The notes under the pieces were generated by a model. It was not told the DNA's origin, did no database searches, and saw only the letters and a list, made by a program, of their open reading frames with translations. This document shows positions 1 to 9,341 of a stretch of DNA of 64,000 nt, one piece after another (position 1 is the first letter of the stretch; every line of letters begins with the position of its first letter). The stretch is from Ignavibacteriaceae bacterium (lineage in GTDB: Bacteria > Bacteroidota > Ignavibacteria > Ignavibacteriales > Ignavibacteriaceae), in NCBI GenBank assembly GCA_013388515.1, contig JACAFC010000196.1, positions 397 to 64,396 on the forward strand, given 5' to 3'. The position numbers and the translations under genes were made by a program.

Positions 1-71
1 ATTGGAAGCAACACAATAAAAGAAGTATAAAACGCTTCCTTTAGAATTTCGATTACAATTTCTTCAGTCAT
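1..71 (-). CDS. fliQ: Flagellar export apparatus protein FliQ, N-terminal fragment (gene runs off the left edge)
   Basis: Open-ended, so absent from the ORF track. ATG at 71..69 (minus), directly after the fliP stop at 72..74. Translation MTEEIVIEILKEAFYTSFIVLLP is a hydrophobic FliQ-like N-terminus in the canonical fliO-P-Q position. Confidence 0.6.
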   Translation of the reverse strand, partial: MTEEIVIEILKEAFYTSFIVLLP

Positions 72-836
72 TTATGAAAAGCTCCTTACTACTGAACCAA
101 CAATTAAATTCCATCCATCTACCAGAATAAATAAAAGTATTTTGAAAGGCAGCGACACTAACATCGGAGGCAGCATCATCATACCCATGGACATTAAAAC
201 ACTTGAAACAATCATATCAACCATTAAGAATGGAATGAAAAGGAAAAAACCAATAATAAAACCTGTGCGAAGTTCACTTAAAACAAATGCCGGTACTACA
301 ATGTATGTTGGTAATTCTGTTCGTGTAGCTGGCCGGCTCATATTTGCAAGAGAAATAAAAAGTCCTAAATCCTCATCACGTACATGCTTAAACATGAACT
401 CTCTAATTGGACCAATTCCTTTGTCGTAAGCTGCATCAACTGTAATTTTTCCATCCATTAAAGGCTTTAAGGCATCTTCATTTACTCTGTTCCAAGTTGG
501 AGCCATTACAAAAAAAGTAATAAATAATGCAACACCTGCAAGTAATTGTCCAGGAGGCATCTGTTGGGTTCCAAGCGCACTTTTAAGAAAATGAAAGACA
601 ATTATTATTCTAAGATAGGCAGTAGTCATTATCATTATTGATGGAGCCAGCGCAAGAATTGTCATCAGCAAAAGTATTTGCAGCGACACGGAAACATCTT
701 TTGCGTCTTGCGATGTACCTATTTGAACGTCAACTTTTGGGATAGGGAAGGACAAACTTTGAGTTTGCTGGGCTAATGCTTGACTGCTGAAAAGAATAAG
801 CAGCAAAGAAAAAAATAGAAAGGCTTTTAGTTTCAT
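72..836 (-). CDS. fliP: Flagellar type III export apparatus protein FliP
   Basis: 254 aa with a signal peptide and multiple TM segments. Typical FliP segments LLLMTILALAPSIMIMTT and VPAFVLSELRTGFIIGF; sits between fliO and fliQ. Confidence 0.95.
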   Translation of the reverse strand: MKLKAFLFFSLLLILFSSQALAQQTQSLSFPIPKVDVQIGTSQDAKDVSVSLQILLLMTILALAPSIMIMTTAYLRIIIVFHFLKSALGTQQMPPGQLLAGVALFITFFVMAPTWNRVNEDALKPLMDGKITVDAAYDKGIGPIREFMFKHVRDEDLGLFISLANMSRPATRTELPTYIVVPAFVLSELRTGFIIGFFLFIPFLMVDMIVSSVLMSMGMMMLPPMLVSLPFKILLFILVDGWNLIVGSVVRSFS

Positions 837-1165
837 TATTTACTGAATTTTTTAAATACGTCGGAAAATTTTAACGGAGAAACAGAAGACATTTCCTCGG
901 GCAGGTTTACATCAGTTGCCGGAATCTCTTTTAATAAATTAATTCCTCCTTCGCTAACACCAAGTACTAGAAGTTTATCTTGCACTTTAACTATAGAAAT
1001 ATACTTTTTAGGCATAAGCATTTGAGAGCTTAAAACTTTAATATTAAGAATATTTGATTTCCCTTTTGGAAGTGCAAATCGTTTAGCAAAATAAAGCAGT
1101 CCTAAAAGCAGTCCGCTTATTATCAAAAGGGGAAAGATCAATTTTATTAATTCGATGAAAGACAT
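836..1165 (-). CDS. fliO: Flagellar biosynthesis protein FliO (FliZ-like), single-TM
   Basis: 109 aa with one N-terminal TM helix (LIFPLLIISGLLLGLLYF). Located between fliN and fliP; its stop overlaps the fliP start by 1 nt. Confidence 0.7.
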   Translation of the reverse strand: MSFIELIKLIFPLLIISGLLLGLLYFAKRFALPKGKSNILNIKVLSSQMLMPKKYISIVKVQDKLLVLGVSEGGINLLKEIPATDVNLPEEMSSVSPLKFSDVFKKFSK

Positions 1166-1555
1166 TTATAATCCTTTTAGCCTGCTAGCCACATCAATTA
1201 AGTTAACTATCCTAATACCAAAGTGTTTATCAATAACAACAACTTCACCTTCAGCTATTTTTTTATTGTTTACATAAATATCCACAGGTTCGCTGGCTAA
1301 TTTATCTAACTCAATTACATAACCTCGCTCTAATTCAAGTATTTCTTTTATTTGCATCTGTGTTCTTCCAAGTTCAATAAAAATATTTAGCTGTAAATCC
1401 TTAAGGAAGTTTAGTTTTTCCATTGAATCTACACCCTTAAAAGATGAACTATCGTACTCAGGCAATGCTGCTTGATTTATATTTGAGTTTGATGACAGCT
1501 CCCTTCTATTTGCCGATACTTCTTCAATAGGATTGTTTTGTTTGCTTTCTTCCAT
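1166..1555 (-). CDS. fliN: Flagellar motor switch protein FliN
   Basis: 129 aa. C-terminal SpoA/FliN domain (IELGRTQMQIKEILELERGYVIELDKLASEPVDIYVNNKKIAEGEVVVIDKHFGIRI); follows fliM. Confidence 0.9.
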   Translation of the reverse strand: MEESKQNNPIEEVSANRRELSSNSNINQAALPEYDSSSFKGVDSMEKLNFLKDLQLNIFIELGRTQMQIKEILELERGYVIELDKLASEPVDIYVNNKKIAEGEVVVIDKHFGIRIVNLIDVASRLKGL

Positions 1556-1564
1556 TTTAATTCC

Positions 1565-2539
1565 TTACATAGAGATATTACTTAATAAACTTTTTGTGAT
1601 TTTTATTGCCTTATGATTATTTGAAACACCAGGATGACCATAGAACGCAACTTTATCATTTACCCGGACTATATGCTCGTCATGAACTTTGTTTTCCAGA
1701 ACAATAACATCTCCAACTGTTAATTCTGCAAGTTCACTAAAAGAAATACTTGTTTTGCCCAATTCAACAGTAACCGGCAATAAGGTTTCGCTTAAATGAT
1801 GAGTGATAATTTCTTGAGCTGTTAATCCTTCTCTGTTCTTTGGGCGAATAGATGCCAGTTTTTGAGTTGACATTTTTGCCAGAATGGAATCGAATGCAAA
1901 AGTGGCAAAACATAAGTTCATTAAATATGTAGTTTCTCCAAACGAGAGTTCGAAGGATATAAGAAGTACAGATTCATTTGGTGATGTTAGTTGAACAAAA
2001 TCTATATCTGATTCAAATTTTTCTGGAATAAATTCGAAATTATCAATCACATGCCAGGTTTTTTTTAGATCTAGCATTATTTTTTCAACGATTACGCTTA
2101 ATACTTTTTGCTCGATTAAGGTAATAATTTTATTTTGTTTTGTGCTGGAACCATTGCCTCCAAGCAATCTATCGACGAGAGTTAATGCGAGATCTGAATT
2201 GAGTTCTAGGATTCCCTTGATATCTGTGTTCTTTATTTGGAACGTGTACATACAGCCCGGATTAGGTACTGAAAGTACATACTCTGAATAGTAAATCTGA
2301 TCTACAGTGGTAACATTAATATTTACTATGGTTTGTAACTTTGTTACTAGAAAAGAACTTAAACTTTCTGCAAAGTTTTCGTGGATGTTTCTTATTGTTC
2401 TTAACTGTGTTTTTGTTATCCTGTTGGGCAGCCTGAAATCATACGGCATGATTTCATTGTCATTTGTAACGGGATGAGTTTGCTCGCCCCCGCTCTTTAA
2501 TAAAAGATCTATTTCTTGCTGTGATAATAATTCTGACAT
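1565..2539 (-). CDS. fliM: Flagellar motor switch protein FliM
   Basis: 324 aa. N-terminal LSQQEIDLLL CheY-P-binding-type peptide, FliM middle domain and C-terminal SpoA-like domain; between fliL and fliN. Confidence 0.93.
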   Translation of the reverse strand: MSELLSQQEIDLLLKSGGEQTHPVTNDNEIMPYDFRLPNRITKTQLRTIRNIHENFAESLSSFLVTKLQTIVNINVTTVDQIYYSEYVLSVPNPGCMYTFQIKNTDIKGILELNSDLALTLVDRLLGGNGSSTKQNKIITLIEQKVLSVIVEKIMLDLKKTWHVIDNFEFIPEKFESDIDFVQLTSPNESVLLISFELSFGETTYLMNLCFATFAFDSILAKMSTQKLASIRPKNREGLTAQEIITHHLSETLLPVTVELGKTSISFSELAELTVGDVIVLENKVHDEHIVRVNDKVAFYGHPGVSNNHKAIKITKSLLSNISM

Positions 2540-2540
2540 A

Positions 2541-3083
2541 CTATTGAATTATAAATTTGCTGAAATAAACATTTGAAATTTTTATGTTGGGTACGTGTGC
2601 TGCCAGCCGGTTAATAATATCAGTCTTTAATGAATCACGATATGTTGATTGATTAAGCTGATCAATTGTTCGAGCCGAAAGAACACTTAGTATTACATCC
2701 TTGACTATAACCTGCTTTTGTTCCAATTCCTTTTTTGAATCCTCTTTATCAACTGCTAAACCAAGGCTTGCTAGTAATAACATTTTACCATTTGTGCCGG
2801 CTGGATTAACAATCATATCATCAATGTTAAGAATTACTTCAACAGCGGGTTTTTCACTGGATTCTTTTTTTTCTTCAACTTGTTCGTCGTGTTCTTTTGG
2901 TTCGGCTTCATGTGTTGAAGATGCGGATTTATTAACAAGAAAGTTTGCCGTTATAAAGTACACAAGAACAAGCTGTACTATGAAAACGGGAAGTCCTATA
3001 ATCAAGACTTTAGGATTAAACTTAGATTTTTTTTCACCAGCAGATAAAACTGGTTGTTCCGGGTTTTTGGATTCTTCTTTCAT
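2541..3083 (-). CDS. fliL: Flagellar basal-body-associated protein FliL
   Basis: 180 aa with a single TM helix then a FliL-type periplasmic domain (DMIVNPAGTNGKMLLLASLGLAV...YFSKFIIQ); immediately precedes fliM. Confidence 0.85.
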   Translation of the reverse strand: MKEESKNPEQPVLSAGEKKSKFNPKVLIIGLPVFIVQLVLVYFITANFLVNKSASSTHEAEPKEHDEQVEEKKESSEKPAVEVILNIDDMIVNPAGTNGKMLLLASLGLAVDKEDSKKELEQKQVIVKDVILSVLSARTIDQLNQSTYRDSLKTDIINRLAAHVPNIKISNVYFSKFIIQ

Positions 3084-3097
3084 ATGCTATTAACTAA

Positions 3098-3113
3098 TTC
3101 AACACATATGCCA
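3098..3113 (-). promoter_or_regulatory. Weak candidate sigma54-like element upstream of fliL
   Basis: Minus strand TGGCATATGTGTTGAA has a good -24 TGGCA but -12 TTGA instead of TTGC. It ends only ~15 nt from the fliL ATG, which is uncomfortably close. Confidence 0.15.
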
Positions 3114-3184
3114 CTAGTTAAAAGCTGTAAAAATGAAAGAAATTCGAAGAGAACAAGTTTAGATTGGTTACTATTGTGCAGATG

Positions 3185-3218
3185 AGCAAAAAAGGGAACC
3201 TCTTACGAAGTTCCCTTT
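3185..3218 (-). terminator. Intrinsic terminator downstream of flgE
   Basis: Minus-strand RNA AAAGGGAAC-(10-nt loop)-GUUCCCUUU followed by UUUGCUC; begins 20 nt after the flgE stop. Confidence 0.8.
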
Positions 3219-3238
3219 AATGATGAATGCGCGATGTA

Positions 3239-4873
3239 CTAACGAACTAGATTTGTAATTTCTTGTAACAAAGTATCTGAAACAGTTACAACACGTGCAC
3301 TTGCCTGGAACCCGCGCTGCGATACGATCATTCTTGTAAACTCCTCAGATAAGTCAACATTAGACTGCTCTAAAGCGCTAGATTGAATAGTTGTTCCAGT
3401 TGTTTCTCCAGGAGTACCAACTAAAGGATCTCCTGAATTTGCAGATACAGTAAATAGATTATCTCCAATACTTATTAAGCCATTTAAGTTTGGAAAGGTT
3501 GCTACTAATATCTGAGCTAGTGGTCTTGACTGACCATTGGAGAATACGCCAACAATATATCCATATTGATCAATATTGATATTGGAAAGAGATGCAGCTG
3601 CAGATCCATTTTGAGATAAAGCCGATACTACAGAACTTGATGAAGTTTGTGTAATACCGCTGAAACCTTCTCCAAGATTTAAAACTATATTTTGTGAACT
3701 TGCACCGCCATTTGGTGTGAAAGTTACAACAGGAGGAGTAGGAGATACTGTTGCAATTGATCCATCCGGGTTAAAAGATATTGTTCCGGAGTTTCCTGTT
3801 AAAACGCCGCTTGCTGTTGGTAACGAACAATTCCATGCCCAGTTATTGTTTGATGTTTTTGTGAATTTCACGGTAAAAGTATGAGGTGATCCTAATGAAT
3901 CGAATACTGTAACTGAACCAGTAACAATAGTCGGAGTTCTATTCGCGTCAACTGTTGATGCTAAAGTTGTAGAATTTGTAGTTTGGGTAACGGTTGTTGG
4001 ATCAAAACTGAAATTAATTCCCAACGAAGCATCTGTTATTGATATAGCAGCAGGAGGGTTGCCATTCATTGTTAACATTTCACCAGTAGTTCCATCGAAA
4101 GCTACAGATACAGTTGTAGGTCCAACTATTGAAGTACCTGCTTCATCTTGCAAATCATAAGTCATATCGTAGGTGTTGGCAGCTGTTTTTGTGTAAGTAA
4201 CTATAAACGAATATTCATTTCCGTTTTCGTCATAGATAGTATTTGTATTGCTGGCAGTATCACCCACAGCAAGAGCAGAATTTATGTTACCGGTTTGTAA
4301 AAAGTTTTCAGATCTAGTTAAGCTGGAGGAGCTGTCGAGGTTACCGCCCCATGCAATATCTGTGGTTGCAACAGCAGGTAATCTCAGGTTCGAATCAACA
4401 ACAACATCTTCAAGATAGTTGCCTGGTGGAACTATGCCTTCAGAATTTGCAACTTTACCCTGAACAATAGCACCATTTTGGGAATTAACTAATCGGCCTT
4501 CAGCATCAAAAATGAATGTTCCAGCTCTTGAGTAGAATCGTTCACCATTATTTTCGAGAACAAACAATCCCTTTCCTCTTAAGGCCAAATCGGTTGATAT
4601 TCCAGTGCCTTCAAAAGTACCCTGTGTCCAGTTTCTATCAACCGAACTAAGCTTCATACCTAATCCGATTTGAAATGTGTTTGTTCCTCCAGATGTATCT
4701 GAAGGATTTGAACCGTATCTTAAAATTTTGTTGAAGGTATCGCTGAATGTTACGCGTGATCCCTTATAACCAATGGTGTTAACGTTAGCAATGTTATTAC
4801 TAATGACGTCCATCATTGATTGATGGTTTTTTAATCCGGAAACACCGGAGAAAAGAGAATTTAGAAGAGACAT
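3239..4873 (-). CDS. flgE: Flagellar hook protein FlgE
   Basis: 544 aa. Flg_bb_rod N-terminus (NNIANVNTIGYK) and conserved C-terminus (ALEQSNVDLSEEFTRMIVSQRGFQASARVVTVSDTLLQEI), with a Ser/Thr-rich central insert. Strong SD AGGAGG upstream. Confidence 0.93.
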   Translation of the reverse strand: MSLLNSLFSGVSGLKNHQSMMDVISNNIANVNTIGYKGSRVTFSDTFNKILRYGSNPSDTSGGTNTFQIGLGMKLSSVDRNWTQGTFEGTGISTDLALRGKGLFVLENNGERFYSRAGTFIFDAEGRLVNSQNGAIVQGKVANSEGIVPPGNYLEDVVVDSNLRLPAVATTDIAWGGNLDSSSSLTRSENFLQTGNINSALAVGDTASNTNTIYDENGNEYSFIVTYTKTAANTYDMTYDLQDEAGTSIVGPTTVSVAFDGTTGEMLTMNGNPPAAISITDASLGINFSFDPTTVTQTTNSTTLASTVDANRTPTIVTGSVTVFDSLGSPHTFTVKFTKTSNNNWAWNCSLPTASGVLTGNSGTISFNPDGSIATVSPTPPVVTFTPNGGASSQNIVLNLGEGFSGITQTSSSSVVSALSQNGSAAASLSNINIDQYGYIVGVFSNGQSRPLAQILVATFPNLNGLISIGDNLFTVSANSGDPLVGTPGETTGTTIQSSALEQSNVDLSEEFTRMIVSQRGFQASARVVTVSDTLLQEITNLVR

Positions 4874-4971
4874 TTTAACCTCCTAAGGTTATTTTATTAA
4901 GGAATGTCCGGCATCAGTCAGTCAGCCGAACCGGGCGTCCTAAGAAGGTCCCGCCCGTAGTTATTTAAAAT

Positions 4972-5346
4972 TTATACTGCAAATACTACGCTGTCTATAT
5001 TTGTGAAAATATTTTCAGTTCCATTATCTATTGGCATTGCTGTTACTATAGTTTTATTTGGTATGTTCACAATAAATGCCGTTGAGTTCATCATTACTAA
5101 AGAATCTTTAGCACCTTTTGTTTCAGCTCTTTCAATTGCCGAATTGATTTTCAGCATTTCATCGTTATTAAGTGTTATTTTTCTTTCTTCCAATCTTTTA
5201 ATTGCATGGGATGAAAATTTTAGTTTATCAAGTTCCTTCTGGTAGATGGCATTAAAACTATCACCAGATTCTCTAACTGGAGCAGAGCCCAGATTAGGAT
5301 TGCTGATCGGAATGAAAGGAACATTAATTCCGTTTATTTCTGGCAT
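4972..5346 (-). CDS. Small 'flagellar operon protein' of the family typically found between flgD and flgE (TIGR02530-like)
   Basis: 124 aa. Recalled family signature LKFSSHAIKRLEERKI...FIVNIPNKTIVTAM...ENIFTNIDSVVF; positioned between flgD and flgE. Confidence 0.65.
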   Translation of the reverse strand: MPEINGINVPFIPISNPNLGSAPVRESGDSFNAIYQKELDKLKFSSHAIKRLEERKITLNNDEMLKINSAIERAETKGAKDSLVMMNSTAFIVNIPNKTIVTAMPIDNGTENIFTNIDSVVFAV

Positions 5347-5349
5347 ATT

Positions 5350-6027
5350 TTAACCTCCATTTGCTGAATTATAAATTTCCATTATATCAGATAACATATA
5401 ATCGGAGCCGTTTATCAATAGCTTAGTTCCATATGAACTAAATTTAACGCCGTTAATTTGTCCAACTATAAATTTTGAAGCTGAGATTGGCAGATCTTGT
5501 GAATCTGTAGCTTCAACCTCAAACCTGTATTTTCCTTGTGGTACCTTGTTACCTTCATTATCGGTTAAATTCCAAATTAGTTTATTGTCTCCCGACATTT
5601 TGGGCGCATTCTCTATAGTTTTAATTAACGAACCACTCTCGTTGTATATTTTAACTGTAATATTGTTTGCTTGTGAACTCAAATTGTACCCCAGCGACAT
5701 ACTTTCCTGCCCGCTAAAACTGAATTCGTTTGTACTTAACTTTACTTCTTTACCTATTAGTGTTGCAGCAAGTGTGTTATTGATGGATTGAGTTAGATAG
5801 TAATTAGCATCTATGCTCGTTTCCATCGAATCATTTAAGTTCATTAATTGTTCAAGGGATGTGAATTGAGCTAATTGAGCAGCGAACTCAGTTCCCTCAA
5901 GCGGGCTCAAGGGATCCTGATTTTTCAATTGGGTTAACATTAACTCTAGAAAATCATCCTTACCCATTGTTGCTTTAGCATTGGTGGTTGACAAAGATGT
6001 TGTATAATTTGATAGTTCGCTGATCAT
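5350..6027 (-). CDS. flgD: Flagellar hook capping/assembly protein FlgD
   Basis: 225 aa. FlgD N-domain motif DFLELMLTQLKNQDPLSPL...FAAQLAQFTSLEQL plus a C-terminal Ig-like domain. Confidence 0.92.
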   Translation of the reverse strand: MISELSNYTTSLSTTNAKATMGKDDFLELMLTQLKNQDPLSPLEGTEFAAQLAQFTSLEQLMNLNDSMETSIDANYYLTQSINNTLAATLIGKEVKLSTNEFSFSGQESMSLGYNLSSQANNITVKIYNESGSLIKTIENAPKMSGDNKLIWNLTDNEGNKVPQGKYRFEVEATDSQDLPISASKFIVGQINGVKFSSYGTKLLINGSDYMLSDIMEIYNSANGG

Positions 6028-6035
6028 AAATCCTC

Positions 6036-9000
6036 CTAAGCTAAATACTCGTAAGTATTGTAACCAAGTTTTCTAATGCTTTGTTTTTCTTCTGTGTTTT
6101 CAACCGACTTTGTGTAAAAACCTGAATTATTTTTTCGTTTTGAATTAAAGGAACCTGACTGTTTGTGATCGGAGTTAGCTAGTGTTACACTAATTGATCC
6201 AAGGTTTACCCCATTTTGAGCTAGTGATTGTTTGAGTTGTTCTACATTATTTCGAACAACAGAACCGACTGCTTCATTTTCAACTTCAATTTTTGCTATT
6301 ACGGAGTTATCAACGGTATCTAAAATTATTTTTAAAGTGCCTAATTCTTTTGGAACCAATTTTAAAACTGCAGTCTGTTTTTCTGAACTCTCAATTATGC
6401 GATGAACTTCTTTAAGAATTTCTTGCGGCTGTAAGACTTTTGCTTTATCTGTTTTGGCATCCACTTGATTAAACCGATCTGTTTGAGAAGCACTTTGCTT
6501 TATTCCTTCATAGGTATTTTTTGTTTCGATTCTGACTTCCTTTGCGGAATCACCGGCAGTAAGTTGTTTTTCACCGGAAGTGTTTTCAATTTCTTCCTTG
6601 TTTTCGGAAACATTGCTATTGTGATTCTCGGATTGGGTGTTTTCATGTTTACCAACTGTGGAACTTATTTTTTCATCGGTTACTTTATCAGAAAAGGTGT
6701 TTTGAACTTCATGTTTAATCGTATTGCTATTTTTAGGTTGTTCTTCAACATCCTCCCCTTCAATATCTGCTGAATATGGAAGTTGATTGTTTAAAAGCTT
6801 TTGAGACTTATTTATTTGAATATTGTTTGAAGAACGACTTACTTTTTCACTTATAACTTCAGAAGTTTCAAGCTTCTCAGAAATCTGTTTATCGAACTTA
6901 TTGTGACTGTAATTTGAATCCGGCTCTTCACTATAGGATTTAAAAGTTATTGAATTATCAAGTTGATTCAGTTTACCTGTTTTATTATTTAACTCTGATA
7001 AATCCTTCGCTTGCAGATTAAGCTTATACTCATTCTTGGATCGTGAGGATGTGTTTTCAGTACTCAAAGACTTGGTTTCTTTTTTGAAAAGGGGAGTGTG
7101 TGATATTAAATCTTCATTTTGTAAACTTTTGTGTTGACCATCTTTACCTAACACATGAATTTCATCGTTAGAAGCTTCTTTTATTCCACCCAGCTTTAAT
7201 TCAGATTGTTTATCATCAGCTGCCTGATTATTGAGTTTATGATTTGCGTTATTAAAATTAACCCTTTCATTCTTAGCTCCAGATTCTTTTTCAGCTAAAG
7301 GTTTGGAGTTAGTAGTTTCAACTCTGGTCTTGTTTTTATCAGCTGCTAGTGAATCATCCTTAGTTTTATGCTGATTTATTTCAATTTGATTATTGTTAAC
7401 TTCTTTATTATATGGTTTATTATTTATCTTACTAAGGTTAACACTTTCCTGCTCGATATCGGAATCAATATTAGTTAGGCTATTAGGGTTATCGGTTTTT
7501 ATTTTCGTCCTGTTTTCTGCAGACACAACTGAGTCTTTGTTCACTTCTAATGGCTGATTGCTATTTTTTTCTTGTAATTTATTTGTTGATTTCCACTTTG
7601 AAGTACCGCTTACAGTTGTAAGTTTTTCGGATTCAATAATTTTTGGACTAACCTTAGTTGCATCATTGTTTGAGATTTCTTTAGATAAACTGGAATTAAG
7701 AGTCCTAGTATCATTCTGCTGATGTTCTTTAAATTCAGCTTGTAAATTCAATCTGCTTGCAGTTTTAATTACGTCTGCCGGTTTATTCTCTATGTCTTGT
7801 TTTGTTTGCAGAATGTTTGAGGAAGTTTGTGATTCTGCTATTTTTAACTTTAAGCTGCTGTTCGGAATAAAATCAGATTTTTTGACCTCTTTTTTAGACT
7901 TTCCCTTTTGTGCATTAACCAAGGCAAACTCAATTAAATTTGCCTTTTTACTTAATACTTCTAGGAATTTGCGATCTTCGGCGGAAAATAATTTAATGTC
8001 ATTATCTATTTCAGCACTAAATTTAACTGCAGGAGTGTAATTCTCAGTAATCTTTATTGCTTGATTTGTAGTTCTACTCTCACGTTTTCCAATATTTGAA
8101 ATAGATGATTGCGGTTCTACTTTTTGTTCTGCACTTGGTTTTGATAGAAATGCGGAATTGATAATTCGAAAATTGTTACTGGATTTCTCGGCCACTTCAA
8201 TAACCACATTTTTATTTTCTGAACTAGTTTTGTTTTCTGTAAAGTAACCGTAACTTGGAAGGACAGATTTACTAGTTGTGTTAGATTTATTAGAAGTTTG
8301 TTTTTCTGAAGTGAAAGCCGCTTTATCAATTAATTGATGCACATCATTTGAAGTTGTTAATCCGCTTATTTTAGCATCAGTAGTGCTTTTTAAGTTAGCT
8401 TCTTCTGAGATTGAAGCGCTGTCAACTTGCTTAGAAATATTCTTTAGTTCATTATTTAAATCTGCAGCATTAGTTTTAGATATTGAGCCATTTAAAATTT
8501 TTGTTGGTTCGCTGTTCTTATTGTCATATAAATCTAACCTAGGCATGTTCTGAAGAGGAGATGAGGATTCTAATGGATGGGGGAAGTCCGTTTTTATACT
8601 TGTGTAAGTAATATTGGAATTCTCATTAATCTCTTGAGAGCTATTTTTTATTACACTTATTGCTGAAATCCCTTCCTTTGAATCCGAAGGCTGTAATATT
8701 TCTGTTTCTGGATTAATAATAGGCTCTATGTCTAATGCAATCTCCTTTTTACCAATTTTAATTAAGATTCCAAATCCTTGATTAGACTTTAAATGTTCGG
8801 TTATTGCTTCTCCCAGATCCAAAGAGTCAGAAGAACTCTGATTATAATCAATTACTTTATCAGCAGTTATTAAGCTTATCTGTGGTACATTTATATCTGA
8901 TCCGGCTAAGCTGGAAAGAGTAGTAAGCAGCTTATTAATTTCTAATACAAATGCCTCACTATTTAGATTAAAATATTTTGGAGTTTTGTACTCTGAAGGT

Positions 9001-9341
9001 TTATTATCAATTTTATTTTCACTTGTTCCTGTTAATCCTTCAGATTCATTAAAGCCTAAGAAATTGGTAAATACTGCTCCGAGAGTTCCATTGGCGTCAG
9101 TAATATTATTATTCGTAAGAAGTGAGACAGAAAGAACAAGTTCATTTGAATTGCAAGACGATTGGTTTGATTTTTCTGTATTGTTGAAAGCTTGCGGCTG
9201 AATCGACCCAGCTTCCTCAGCTTTGGAAATCTTAATTATATTTTTGAATAAATAATTAAAACTTTTACCTTCGACGGATTTAACATCCACGGATAATTGT
9301 TCAGATGAGTTTTTAGGTAAAAAAATTGAATTGATCAACAT
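6036..9341 (-). CDS. fliK: Flagellar hook-length control protein FliK, unusually long (1101 aa)
   Basis: Only the C-terminal ~100 aa resemble the Flg_hook/T3S4 domain (AVLKLVPKELGTLKIILD...IEVENEAVGSVVRNNVEQLKQSLAQNGVNLGSISV). The rest is N/S/K/E/T-rich low complexity. Located between ylxF-like and flgD, as fliK is in fla/che-type operons. Confidence 0.8.
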   Translation of the reverse strand: MLINSIFLPKNSSEQLSVDVKSVEGKSFNYLFKNIIKISKAEEAGSIQPQAFNNTEKSNQSSCNSNELVLSVSLLTNNNITDANGTLGAVFTNFLGFNESEGLTGTSENKIDNKPSEYKTPKYFNLNSEAFVLEINKLLTTLSSLAGSDINVPQISLITADKVIDYNQSSSDSLDLGEAITEHLKSNQGFGILIKIGKKEIALDIEPIINPETEILQPSDSKEGISAISVIKNSSQEINENSNITYTSIKTDFPHPLESSSPLQNMPRLDLYDNKNSEPTKILNGSISKTNAADLNNELKNISKQVDSASISEEANLKSTTDAKISGLTTSNDVHQLIDKAAFTSEKQTSNKSNTTSKSVLPSYGYFTENKTSSENKNVVIEVAEKSSNNFRIINSAFLSKPSAEQKVEPQSSISNIGKRESRTTNQAIKITENYTPAVKFSAEIDNDIKLFSAEDRKFLEVLSKKANLIEFALVNAQKGKSKKEVKKSDFIPNSSLKLKIAESQTSSNILQTKQDIENKPADVIKTASRLNLQAEFKEHQQNDTRTLNSSLSKEISNNDATKVSPKIIESEKLTTVSGTSKWKSTNKLQEKNSNQPLEVNKDSVVSAENRTKIKTDNPNSLTNIDSDIEQESVNLSKINNKPYNKEVNNNQIEINQHKTKDDSLAADKNKTRVETTNSKPLAEKESGAKNERVNFNNANHKLNNQAADDKQSELKLGGIKEASNDEIHVLGKDGQHKSLQNEDLISHTPLFKKETKSLSTENTSSRSKNEYKLNLQAKDLSELNNKTGKLNQLDNSITFKSYSEEPDSNYSHNKFDKQISEKLETSEVISEKVSRSSNNIQINKSQKLLNNQLPYSADIEGEDVEEQPKNSNTIKHEVQNTFSDKVTDEKISSTVGKHENTQSENHNSNVSENKEEIENTSGEKQLTAGDSAKEVRIETKNTYEGIKQSASQTDRFNQVDAKTDKAKVLQPQEILKEVHRIIESSEKQTAVLKLVPKELGTLKIILDTVDNSVIAKIEVENEAVGSVVRNNVEQLKQSLAQNGVNLGSISVTLANSDHKQSGSFNSKRKNNSGFYTKSVENTEEKQSIRKLGYNTYEYLA

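Noticed and set aside
8117-8329. 70-aa minus-strand ORF in an alternative frame inside fliK
   Set aside because: It is fully nested in the 1101-aa fliK frame. Low-complexity DNA readily yields open alternative frames, and there is no start context or recognisable product.
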